NCBI GenBank assembly: GCA_027064425.1
Contig: JAMOPO010000015.1
Coordinates: forward strand, 32,001 to 96,000
From: Methanobacteriota archaeon
Lineage (GTDB): Archaea; JAADCQ01; Methanopyri; Methanopyrales; Methanopyraceae
Direction: 5' to 3'
Length of the DNA: 64,000 nt
The notes beneath the pieces were generated by a model. That model had not been told where the DNA came from. It saw only the letters and a list, made by a program, of their open reading frames with translations, and made no database searches. The position numbers were made by a program, and so were the translations under genes. Of this stretch, positions 9,412 through 18,252 are shown piece by piece (position 1 is the stretch's first letter; the number at the start of each line of letters is the position of its first letter).

Positions 9412-9445
9412 CCCGGAATTGTTACGAACCTCGTAACGTTCCGGG
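9412..9445. repeat. Palindromic element, copy 1
   Basis: CCCGGAATTGTTACGA-ACC-TCGTAACGTTCCGGG immediately 3' of tRNA-Pro. Confidence 0.85.
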
Positions 9446-9535
9446 TGCCCTTGCACCACCCCCGTGCACACCTGTCGCGAAGAGGGGTAGTACTTTAACC
9501 GGGATTGCGCCCGACGCAGGGGGAGACGGTCGACC

Positions 9536-10882
9536 ATGCGAGCCCTCGTCCCCGCCCTGCTGGGACTCCTCCTGGCGATCTCAGGGGCGGCGTCGGCGGG
9601 CCAGTACTTCCAGGTGCCGGAGACGGTCGTCGTTAACCTGTCCGGTCAGCCGTATCAGCCGACCTACGTCAAGTTCACCGACAAAGGCAAGCAGGCGGTC
9701 CAGGACATCCTGAAGACGCTCAAGATCACCGTTGACGGTCGCGAGGTGGCGCTGAGCGTGCAGGCGCGGAAGGTGAAGGAGGTCCAGGTGGACAACATCA
9801 GGAACGAGGAGTACGTGGCCGCGGCCCTGGGCTACGAGGTGCCTGGGAAGTACTTCGTCGGCTACCTGGAGTTCAAGAAGACCAAGTACGTGGTGAAGTA
9901 CGAGGAGGGCCAGAAGCCGGTGCAGAAGACGGCCCCGGGCTTCGGCGCGTTCCAGGCGACCGTGGCGGAGATCCTGGGCCAGTACGACGAGAGCAAGGGA
10001 CTGCCGTTCGTCGCCCCGGCGGTGAAGCCGGAAGAGCACGAGGAGGAGGTCATGCTGTGCCTGCCGATCGAGTCAGAGATCACGCTGAAGCCCGCCGTCC
10101 TGCAGATGGACTGGTACCGGGTGCTGAACGTCGCCGAGGCGAACAAGGTGTTCCTGAAGTCGGCCACGGTGCACGCGCACAAGGACGGTGACAAGGTCAA
10201 GGTCGTGTACGCGCCCACGAAGCTGGACGCCGCGACCATGCTGGCGACCAAGGTGCTGCCGAGCGCCGACGACATCGTCAACGCGATCGTCAACCCGTAC
10301 CTGGAGGAGGTGAGGGCCGTAGAGGACGCCAAGATCCGCGAGCTGCTGGAGCCGCTGAAGGAGCAGCTGCCGGACAAGCTGGCCGACATCGTGGTCGACA
10401 AGATCCTGGTGCCGGTGATCAAGGGCCTCATCGAGCGGTGCGTCCTGAGCAGGGTGGAGAGCGAGGTCAAGAGCGCGCTCAAGCAGCCGGTCGAGCAGGC
10501 TCTGACGGCCCTGGTGGGAGCGTACCTGTCGCAGTACCCGGCCACGACGGACGTGAAGGTGCTGGAGGAGCGGAAGGCGGCGCGGCAGTCGATCCTGTTC
10601 GACCCGATGGTGGAGGCTGAGCTGGCGGTGATCGAAAGCGCCGCCAACGCGGTGCGCGACCAGGTCGAGAGCGTCGTCGAGGACGTGACCGAGGACTACG
10701 CCGAGGACATCGCCGACATGCTCGGCGTGTCGGTGGACACGGTGAAGGAGACGATCGAGAAGCTCACCGTGGGCGTGCTGGAGAACGTCATGAACGCCTT
10801 CCGCGGCTTCGCCGAGTGGCTGGCGAAGCTGCTGGCGCTGAACACGCTGACGTCGATGGCGGCCGCCGGCCTGCTGATCTAA
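9536..10882 (+). CDS. Secreted or cell-envelope protein of unknown family (possibly abundant, S-layer-like)
   Basis: Signal peptide MRALVPALLGLLLAISGAASA, helical C-terminal half, hydrophobic C-terminus, strongly biased codon use, TTTAA and GGGGAG upstream. Confidence 0.75.
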   Translation: MRALVPALLGLLLAISGAASAGQYFQVPETVVVNLSGQPYQPTYVKFTDKGKQAVQDILKTLKITVDGREVALSVQARKVKEVQVDNIRNEEYVAAALGYEVPGKYFVGYLEFKKTKYVVKYEEGQKPVQKTAPGFGAFQATVAEILGQYDESKGLPFVAPAVKPEEHEEEVMLCLPIESEITLKPAVLQMDWYRVLNVAEANKVFLKSATVHAHKDGDKVKVVYAPTKLDAATMLATKVLPSADDIVNAIVNPYLEEVRAVEDAKIRELLEPLKEQLPDKLADIVVDKILVPVIKGLIERCVLSRVESEVKSALKQPVEQALTALVGAYLSQYPATTDVKVLEERKAARQSILFDPMVEAELAVIESAANAVRDQVESVVEDVTEDYAEDIADMLGVSVDTVKETIEKLTVGVLENVMNAFRGFAEWLAKLLALNTLTSMAAAGLLI

Positions 10883-10913
10883 GCCCCCTCACGCCCCGTC
10901 CACTTCTTCCCCT

Positions 10914-10940
10914 GGAATCGTTACGAGATTCGTAACGATT
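10914..10940. repeat. Palindromic element, copy 2
   Basis: GG-AATCGTTACGA-GAT-TCGTAACGATT, a perfect 11-bp inverted repeat. Confidence 0.85.
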
Positions 10941-10977
10941 GGTCGGCAGGATTTAATAACCTCCTCCGCAGCGTTTG

Positions 10978-11125
10978 GCCGGGCACCTCGGCCTGTGACC
11001 GGTGAGGGCCGGGTTCCGATGATCCGGGGCTCCGGGCCCCCGGCACAGGCCCGACGGCGGCGTCGGGAGGTAGGAGGTGACGATCACCACCGATGACCTC
11101 CCGCCCTCCTGCCGGGGGTACACCC
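10978..11125 (+). ncRNA. Two-hairpin H/ACA-like sRNA
   Basis: ATTTAATA at 10951. Hairpin 1: GCCGGG/CCCGGC then ACA (11045-47), K-turn CCGG-UGA...GAU-GAU-CCGG. Hairpin 2: CGGGAGG-UA...GAU-GA-CCUCCCG, ACA at 11120-22. Confidence 0.7.
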
Positions 11126-11141
11126 CCGCGCACGTTTTTAA

Positions 11142-12098
<957 letters not shown>

Positions 12099-12111
12099 GG
12101 GGGTCCGGCGG

Positions 12112-12573
12112 TTGGCCCTGAAGGTGAGGAGGATCGAGAACGGGACGGTGCTGGACCACCTGCCCCCGGGCACGGCCCCGCTGATTTTGGACATCCTGGA
12201 CGTGGACCTGGAGGAGACGACGGTGCTCATGGCCATCAACGTCGAGAGTTCCAAGATGGGGCGCAAGGACATCCTCAAGATCGAGGGCAAGTTCCTCGAG
12301 GAGGAAGAGGCGAACCGGGTGGCGCTGATCGCGCCCAACGCGACGGTGAACATCATCCGGGACTACTCCGTCGCGGAGAAGTTCAAGGTCAAGCCGCCGG
12401 AGCGTGTCGAGGGCGTCGTCAAGTGCCCGAACCCGAACTGCATCACCAACGACGAGCGGGAGCCGGTGGAGCCGGTCTTCATCCGGGAGTCCGAGGACCC
12501 GCTGGAGTACCGCTGCAAGTACTGCGAGCGGGTGATCCGGGCGGAGCAGCTCCGCGAGATCCTTCGGGGCTAG
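12112..12573 (+). CDS. pyrI: Aspartate carbamoyltransferase, regulatory subunit
   Basis: IENGTVLDH, KDILKIE, CPNPNCITN, RCKYCE. TTG start at 12112. Confidence 0.97.
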   Translation: MALKVRRIENGTVLDHLPPGTAPLILDILDVDLEETTVLMAINVESSKMGRKDILKIEGKFLEEEEANRVALIAPNATVNIIRDYSVAEKFKVKPPERVEGVVKCPNPNCITNDEREPVEPVFIRESEDPLEYRCKYCERVIRAEQLREILRG

Positions 12574-12644
12574 CCGCCGCCACCTCCCGCCAACCTTTTA
12601 ATCGGCGATAAAGGGGGTGCCGATACCCGGTATGGAGGAGACTG

Positions 12645-13574
12645 GTGGGTGATTGGATGTCCGATCCCCGGTTCAGCTACTTCAAGACCTTCCTGGAGGT
12701 CGTGAAGCGCAAGAGCTTCTCCAAGGCCGCCGAAGCGCTCGGTATCACTCAGGGCACGGTCAGCAACCAGATCGAGACCCTTGAGCGGTTCTTCAACGCG
12801 AGGCTGTTCACCCGGACCCCCGAGGGCGTGGAGCTCACCGAGGAGGGTGAGGTGGCGCTCGAGGCGATCGAGAGTGCCGTCGAGGCGATCGAGCGGGCCC
12901 GGGACGAGATCTCCGCCATGTCCCGGGAGCCCTCCGGCAAGGTTCGGGTCTCCACGAGCACCGTCCCGGGCGGGTACCTGATTCCCGGCAACATCCGGGA
13001 GTTCCGGTCCAAGTACCCGAAGGTCGACGTCGTCATCCGGGTGTGCGACTCGCGCGAGGCCACGGAGCACGTGATGGAGGGTAAAGCCGACGTCGCGATC
13101 GTGGGAACGGACGCCTTCGTCCGCAAGAAGAGCCTCGAGGTCGTGCCCATCGCCTCCGAGGAGCTAGTTCTCATCGTACCGCCCGACCACAAGTTAGCGG
13201 ACAGGAACGTGGTGGAGATCGAGGAGGTCGTCGGAGAGGACTACGTGAACCGCGAGAAGGGCTCCGGCACGCGCGAGGAGGTGCTGAAGTACCTGCGCAA
13301 GCACGACCTGTCCTTCGACGACTTCAACGTGGTAGAGGAGATGGGGAGCACCGAGGCCGTGGTGACGGCGGTCGGGCAGGGGACGGGGATCAGCATCGTC
13401 TCGGAGCACGCGGCCAAGCGCGCCGAGTCCTCGGGGTTGGTGAAGGTGGTCCGCCTGGCCGACCGGCCCCGCCGGCTGTTCTACGCCATCAAGGCCGAGA
13501 ACCCGCTTCACCCCACGGCCACCGAGGTGTTCTGGGAGTTCCTGCTAGAGGAGGCCGAGCTCGAGTCACCGTGA
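12645..13574 (+). CDS. LysR-type regulator (CysL/HrsM-like)
   Basis: HTH SFSKAAEALGITQGTVSNQI, REKGSGTR, GSTEAV. Confidence 0.9.
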   Translation: MGDWMSDPRFSYFKTFLEVVKRKSFSKAAEALGITQGTVSNQIETLERFFNARLFTRTPEGVELTEEGEVALEAIESAVEAIERARDEISAMSREPSGKVRVSTSTVPGGYLIPGNIREFRSKYPKVDVVIRVCDSREATEHVMEGKADVAIVGTDAFVRKKSLEVVPIASEELVLIVPPDHKLADRNVVEIEEVVGEDYVNREKGSGTREEVLKYLRKHDLSFDDFNVVEEMGSTEAVVTAVGQGTGISIVSEHAAKRAESSGLVKVVRLADRPRRLFYAIKAENPLHPTATEVFWEFLLEEAELESP

Positions 13575-14063
13575 CGCCAGCGCGTCCCGCAGCGCCCTCG
13601 CCCTAGCGGTTACCGCCTCCAGCGGGTCACTGAACCCGTGGGTGGGCAGCTTCCCACCCCTATAGTCGGGTCTCAGGACCCTTCCTTCCCCGACCCGCAC
13701 TCCGAGGTCCCAGCACAGCTCGCGCACCAGTCGATCCTCGGCGCGCACCGAGCCCCGGAGCGGCGCCACCTCCCTCCACGCGTCGAGCACCTCACGAAGG
13801 AACCTCTGGAGGTGACGCTCGTCGCCGCCGACCAGCACCCAGGCGCGCAGGCCCGTCTTGATGACCTCCGAGAAGGAGGCCGCCGAGGCGGGGATCACGT
13901 GCCGAGCCTCGCGGGGCGAGACGCGGTCGATCATCTCCCACGGAACCACGACCAGGTCCGCCTCGACGCTGTTCAGGGCCTCGGGTCTCGGCTCCACCCG
14001 CTCCGCCTCGATGCCGATCCGCTCCAGGATCCGGGCGTAGTAGGGCGTCGACGCTACTCGCAA
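13566..14063 (-). CDS. Hypothetical protein
   Basis: 165 aa, overlaps the stop of the upstream DHPS-like gene; weak similarity to a methanogen family starting with xxxTP. Confidence 0.6.
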   Translation of the reverse strand: MRVASTPYYARILERIGIEAERVEPRPEALNSVEADLVVVPWEMIDRVSPREARHVIPASAASFSEVIKTGLRAWVLVGGDERHLQRFLREVLDAWREVAPLRGSVRAEDRLVRELCWDLGVRVGEGRVLRPDYRGGKLPTHGFSDPLEAVTARARALRDALASR

Positions 14064-15607
14064 CGCTCGGCCTCCCTGAGCCTGTTCAGGTCCTCGATCA
14101 GGGCGTCGTACCGCTCGGGGCTCTCGTCCTGCACGTACCGGCCACCGGACTTCAACCGCTCCTCCGCCTTCGCCAGCTCGTACCCCAGGTACACGGCGTG
14201 CTCGAGCCGCGAGACGAGCCCCAGCGAGACCATCGCCAGCCCGAGCTCCAGCCCGTCCTCGGACTCGAGCCTGAGGCCTTCCCGCTTCCCGCCCTGGACG
14301 TGCTCCGCGACGATCACCCCGCGCTCGTGGTCAACCTCGATGACCACGTTGCCCCGCGGGTCCCGATCGGGCGTCTTCGCGAACCTACTCGCCGACACCC
14401 CCGGCCGGGGCCGGGTGGCGTCGGTGCGCTTGTCCTTGAACACGAGGAGGTCGACGCCGAGGTCCTTCGGGTACCCGCCCGCCCGGTGCGCGTAGTAACA
14501 CATGCGGCTCGCCACGGCCAGCTCCAGCGTGCTCATGGCCGTTTTCCCGCTGGCCTCGGGCGTGAAAATGATCGAAGCTTCCAGCTCCACGGCCAGCTGC
14601 GCGCACAGGGCGGACGCCCCGACCGAGTCCGCATCGATCAGCTCGATCACGTTCCCCGCCCCGAAGAAGAGCGGGGCGTCCGGGAACCTCCGCGCGACCT
14701 TCCACGCCCGCCGGATGGAGTCGATCACGCCGCCGGGAGGGTCGAGCAGCGGGTCCAGGATGTAGTCCACATCCAGCCGCTCGCACTCCTCCACCAACTC
14801 CCCCAGCTCTCGTACCGCGGCCCCGATCCGGCGCGACTCGGGGACTAGGACGACCGGAACCTCGTAGTCTGCGGCCAGGCTGATCGGTTCCCTCAGGTTG
14901 GGACTCGCGCTGAGCACCAGCTGAGCACCGGCCTCCAACCCGGCCTCGATCAGGCGCGCGTCACCGGTGTCCACGCTGACGGCCGCCTCGCTCCCAACCC
15001 GGTCCAGCGTCTCCCTCACGACCTCTTCCACGTGGCTCGGGGAGGACTCATGAAAGCCCAGGTCCACGATCTCCGCCCCGTGCCGGACCCGCCTCTCCGC
15101 CTCCCGGGCCGCCTCGGACGGGCCCAAGTTATCGGCGAAGATCTCGGAGAGCACCCGGGGCCGGCACCCGCGGGCGACGCCGATCGGCCCAACCTCAATC
15201 CACCTCTCCTCCGGGATCTCTCGCTCCAGTTCCCGCAGCTTCTTACCCAGCTCCTCCACCAGCTCCTCCTTGAGCAGCTCGCACGCGGGCGTGTCCTTGG
15301 AGGGCTCGAACCCCTCCTCCATCTTCCTCAGAACCAGCGGTAGGTCTCGCGCGTCCCTGGAGCTCAGTCGGAAGTCCGCGCCGAGCTCTTCGTCGAGCCG
15401 TCGGACGTCTCCTCGGAACAGCCCGGGCAGGAGGACGTAGTCGTACTCGGAGAGGTCCTCACCCCGGAGATGCCGAATCACGAAGCTGGTAGTCATGAGG
15501 GCGGCCACGTCGATGGGGAGGACCTTTACCTCGGCCCAGTCAAACTCGGACGCGGCCTCCCGGACCAGCCTCGCCGCCCTTCTGCCCGTCAGGAGGAGGA
15601 CCCTCAT
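14054..15607 (-). CDS. Dihydropteroate synthase-like protein with a C-terminal DUF4346-like domain
   Basis: MRVLLLTGR, LPIDVAAL, SVDTG, FFGAGNVIELIDADSVG, HAVYLGYELAKAE. Confidence 0.88.
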   Translation of the reverse strand: MRVLLLTGRRAARLVREAASEFDWAEVKVLPIDVAALMTTSFVIRHLRGEDLSEYDYVLLPGLFRGDVRRLDEELGADFRLSSRDARDLPLVLRKMEEGFEPSKDTPACELLKEELVEELGKKLRELEREIPEERWIEVGPIGVARGCRPRVLSEIFADNLGPSEAAREAERRVRHGAEIVDLGFHESSPSHVEEVVRETLDRVGSEAAVSVDTGDARLIEAGLEAGAQLVLSASPNLREPISLAADYEVPVVLVPESRRIGAAVRELGELVEECERLDVDYILDPLLDPPGGVIDSIRRAWKVARRFPDAPLFFGAGNVIELIDADSVGASALCAQLAVELEASIIFTPEASGKTAMSTLELAVASRMCYYAHRAGGYPKDLGVDLLVFKDKRTDATRPRPGVSASRFAKTPDRDPRGNVVIEVDHERGVIVAEHVQGGKREGLRLESEDGLELGLAMVSLGLVSRLEHAVYLGYELAKAEERLKSGGRYVQDESPERYDALIEDLNRLREAERCE

Positions 15608-16326
15608 CGGAGGTCCCCGAGGGCCCTCGGGATCTCGTTGGGGTGGCGCAGGACGCGGACGCCCTCCATCCGCTTGAGCCGGTCGAGGTTCCGCGCGTCC
15701 ACCTCCCGGATCCTCATCTCGTAGGTCGTTCCTCCCTTGATGGCGTCCTCCGGGCAGGTCTCCTCGCACGTACCGCAGCCTTCGCACTTAATCAGCCGGA
15801 TGAAGGCGCGCCCGTCCACGAGCTCGATCGCGTCGTTGGGGCACGCGTCGACGCACCGGCCGCACCCGGTGCACCGGCCCCGGTCGACCATGTACGGGGT
15901 GACGGTCTCGATCGTCTCCCCGGGCTCGCCGTAGTCGCAGGGGACGATCAGGACCGGCACCCCACCCTTGCCGGCCTGGGCGACGGCGTTCGTGACCAGG
16001 GTGTCCGCGATCCCGTGGACGATCTTGGCCACGGTGTTCGAGGTCGTGGGCGACACGATCAGGGCGTCGTACTTGCCCATCGCGAACCGGCCGACGATCG
16101 GGCAGCTGGCTCCCTCCTCCCGCTGAGTGAAGACCTCCCGGTAGTGCCCGCCCGGGCAGATCTCCTTGAGGTCGCGCCAGAGTCCGAACATTCGGACGAC
16201 TTCCTCGCCGGCCTCGCTGAGGAACGCGCTGACGCGGTGCTCCTCGGAGAGCTCACGCATGACCTTGAACGTCTCAACCAGGAGGTGAGCCGCCCCGGTA
16301 ATGGCCCAGCCGAGGCGGAGGCCCAA
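15604..16326 (-). CDS. dmrX: Dihydromethanopterin reductase (archaeoflavoprotein with two 4Fe-4S clusters)
   Basis: WAITGA, TSNTVAKIVHGIADTLVTNAVAQAGKG, two CxxCxxCxxxCP motifs. Confidence 0.85.
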   Translation of the reverse strand: MGLRLGWAITGAAHLLVETFKVMRELSEEHRVSAFLSEAGEEVVRMFGLWRDLKEICPGGHYREVFTQREEGASCPIVGRFAMGKYDALIVSPTTSNTVAKIVHGIADTLVTNAVAQAGKGGVPVLIVPCDYGEPGETIETVTPYMVDRGRCTGCGRCVDACPNDAIELVDGRAFIRLIKCEGCGTCEETCPEDAIKGGTTYEMRIREVDARNLDRLKRMEGVRVLRHPNEIPRALGDLR

Positions 16327-16352
16327 CCCCGCCCACCCGGACAAAAAACGGG

Positions 16353-16583
16353 TTAGAAGGCCAGGAGGAGCAGCGGAATCAGCAGCACGCAGGCGAAGAT
16401 CGCGCCGCACACCATCCCCCAGAACCTGTTCACGTTGAGCCCGAAGAACAGCCGGGCGTCTCGGCCGAAGAACTGGGACGCGTCGCGAACCTCGTTCACG
16501 AAGTGCTCGACGCGGTCGGTGTCCGCCATCGCGGGCGCTCCGATCACGACCTCCTTCAGCTCAGACTCGCCCTCCTCGGCCAA
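16353..16583 (-). CDS. mtrF: Tetrahydromethanopterin S-methyltransferase subunit F
   Basis: VNEVRDASQFFGRDARL..GL plus one C-terminal TM helix; resembles M. kandleri MtrF as recalled. Confidence 0.85.
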   Translation of the reverse strand: MAEEGESELKEVVIGAPAMADTDRVEHFVNEVRDASQFFGRDARLFFGLNVNRFWGMVCGAIFACVLLIPLLLLAF

Positions 16584-16636
16584 GGGCTTCACCCCCGCAA
16601 GCTAAATCCGGGGACGCTTTTCAACGTTGCGACCGC

Positions 16637-16696
16637 GGGCGATGAGGAGGTGGGCCCGACGTGAGCTGATGACGATGGCTGGCGTTCCCCGAGCCC
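16637..16696 (+). ncRNA. Box C/D guide sRNA
   Basis: GGGC-G-ATGAGGA (C), 12-nt guide, GTGA (D'), ATGACGA (C'), guide TGGCTGGCGTTCC, CCGA (D), then GCCC closing the terminal stem. Confidence 0.78.
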
Positions 16697-16697
16697 T

Positions 16698-17096
16698 CTA
16701 CACCTCCAGCACGCCGCCGGGAAGCACTCGCACGGTGTCCCCGGTGCTCAGCTCCTCGATCGGGTTCCGGTCGGGCCGGTGCAGCAGGGGCACCCGTCCC
16801 AGCACGCACCCCACTATGAGTATCGGCTCGGCCTCCAGGACGACGATCGCCGCCGGCGCCTTACCGCGCTCCGCCAGCTCCATGATCACGTACGACCCCA
16901 CCGTCGACCCGCGGCCCCCGGGCAGCACGAGAACTCTCCCGGTCACCCGCTCCCCGTGCAGCTCGTGCGTCGGGTCCACCACCCGGCCCGTCTCCGGGTC
17001 AACCCCGCCCAGGAACGACAGGCGCTGGTTTGAGACCAGGGCCTCCGCCTCAACCTCTTCCTCGACGTCTACCACCGGCTCGCACTCGATGCGCAA
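16698..17096 (-). CDS. DUF126 / AcnX swiveling domain (phosphomevalonate dehydratase small subunit-like)
   Basis: LSFLGGVDPETG, GGRGSTVGSYVI, EAEPILIVG. Confidence 0.88.
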   Translation of the reverse strand: MRIECEPVVDVEEEVEAEALVSNQRLSFLGGVDPETGRVVDPTHELHGERVTGRVLVLPGGRGSTVGSYVIMELAERGKAPAAIVVLEAEPILIVGCVLGRVPLLHRPDRNPIEELSTGDTVRVLPGGVLEV

Positions 17097-18237
17097 GGCC
17101 TTCACCCCTCGGGGGAGGTTCGTCATCCCGTACGAGATCGACGAGCGCGGAGTGGCGCACGAGATCGACGAGCTGGACCTGGACATGATCAAGGAGCCGG
17201 AGAACCTCGCCGTCATCCCACCGTCCGAGCGCGCCGGCCCCTGCGGCAACGCGTGCGTCTTCTGCTACATCCCCCAGAATCCCCCTGAGGTGCGCAAGGA
17301 GCGCGGGGGCAAGGTCGGGACGACCCGGCACGACACGCTCAACGACCCGGAGCTGGAGCGCCGGATCGAGGCCGCGCGGGATCGGTATCCCGATCTCCGG
17401 CTCCGGATCGTGGACACGGCCGGGAACGTCGGGCTGGACGAGGAGCGGATCGAGTCGCTCGCGGCCGCCGGCCTGGACGAGCTCCAGCTGTCCCTGCACA
17501 CGACGAACCCTGAGACGCGGGCCCGGCTGATGCGGAACCCGGAGGCGGGTCGGGTGATCGAGCTCCTGCCCAGGTTCGAGGAGGTGGGCATCGACCTGAT
17601 CGCGGACCTGGTGCTGACCCCGGGATATAACCTCCGGGAGTTCCCAGAGACCTGCCGCAGGCTGGAGGAGGTGGGGGCCAAGCAGGTTCGGGTGTTCCCC
17701 GTGGGCGGCACCCGGCTCGCCCGGGGCTTCCGGTTCCCGACGGAGGAGGAGCTTCGATGGATGTGGGAGACCGCCAGGGAGCTGGACCGGGAGCTGGACC
17801 TGGAGGTGGTGCCCGCGCCCACGATCCGAGCGCTCTTGGGCGAGCCGGCCTGCGAGCCTCCGAGGCTGCCCGAGCCGGACTTCGAGACCTACCTGGTGGT
17901 GGGAGAGCTGGCGGCCCCCATCTTCGAGCCGGCGGTTCGGGACCTGGAGAACGTGGAGCTCGTGGTAGTTGAGAACCGGGTGTTCGGGGGCGTGATCGGC
18001 GCCTCCAGCCTGCTGACCGCTAAGGACGTGCTCCGCGAGGTGAAGAGGGTGGAGCCTCGAAGCGACTGCCCGCTGCTGATCCTGCCCGACGCTATGTTCG
18101 GACCGGATGGGAAAACCTTGGACGGCGTCTCCCGGGAGGAGCTCGTCGGCCGGCTCGCGGCGCTGGGCTTCACCGTGGTCACCTGCCGAACGCCCGAGGA
18201 GGTGGCGGAAGTCCTAGCAGCTCCCGCCCCGTGGTAG
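17089..18237 (+). CDS. Radical-SAM-like Fe-S protein with DUF512 (COG1625-like)
   Basis: CGNACVFCY, LSLHTTNPETRARLMRNP, LTPGYN, VENRVFGG.I..SSLLT.KD. Confidence 0.82.
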   Translation: MRKAFTPRGRFVIPYEIDERGVAHEIDELDLDMIKEPENLAVIPPSERAGPCGNACVFCYIPQNPPEVRKERGGKVGTTRHDTLNDPELERRIEAARDRYPDLRLRIVDTAGNVGLDEERIESLAAAGLDELQLSLHTTNPETRARLMRNPEAGRVIELLPRFEEVGIDLIADLVLTPGYNLREFPETCRRLEEVGAKQVRVFPVGGTRLARGFRFPTEEELRWMWETARELDRELDLEVVPAPTIRALLGEPACEPPRLPEPDFETYLVVGELAAPIFEPAVRDLENVELVVVENRVFGGVIGASSLLTAKDVLREVKRVEPRSDCPLLILPDAMFGPDGKTLDGVSREELVGRLAALGFTVVTCRTPEEVAEVLAAPAPW

Positions 18238-18252
18238 CGGGGTGCGAGGGGT

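Noticed and set aside
9412-10940. Palindromes as a CRISPR array or as an attL/attR tRNA duplication
   Set aside because: There are no regularly spaced repeats with spacers, no duplicated tRNA 3' end, and no cas or integrase gene in the window.
10978-11125. SRP RNA, RNase P RNA or a PyrR attenuator
   Set aside because: Too short and lacking their signature motifs. An H/ACA-like fold fits better, and pyrB has its own TATA.
12600-12665. Possible sixth C/D sRNA upstream of the LysR gene (CCGA ... ATGGAGGA)
   Set aside because: No convincing C box or terminal D box. GGAGG is explained as an RBS and TTTTAAT as the promoter.
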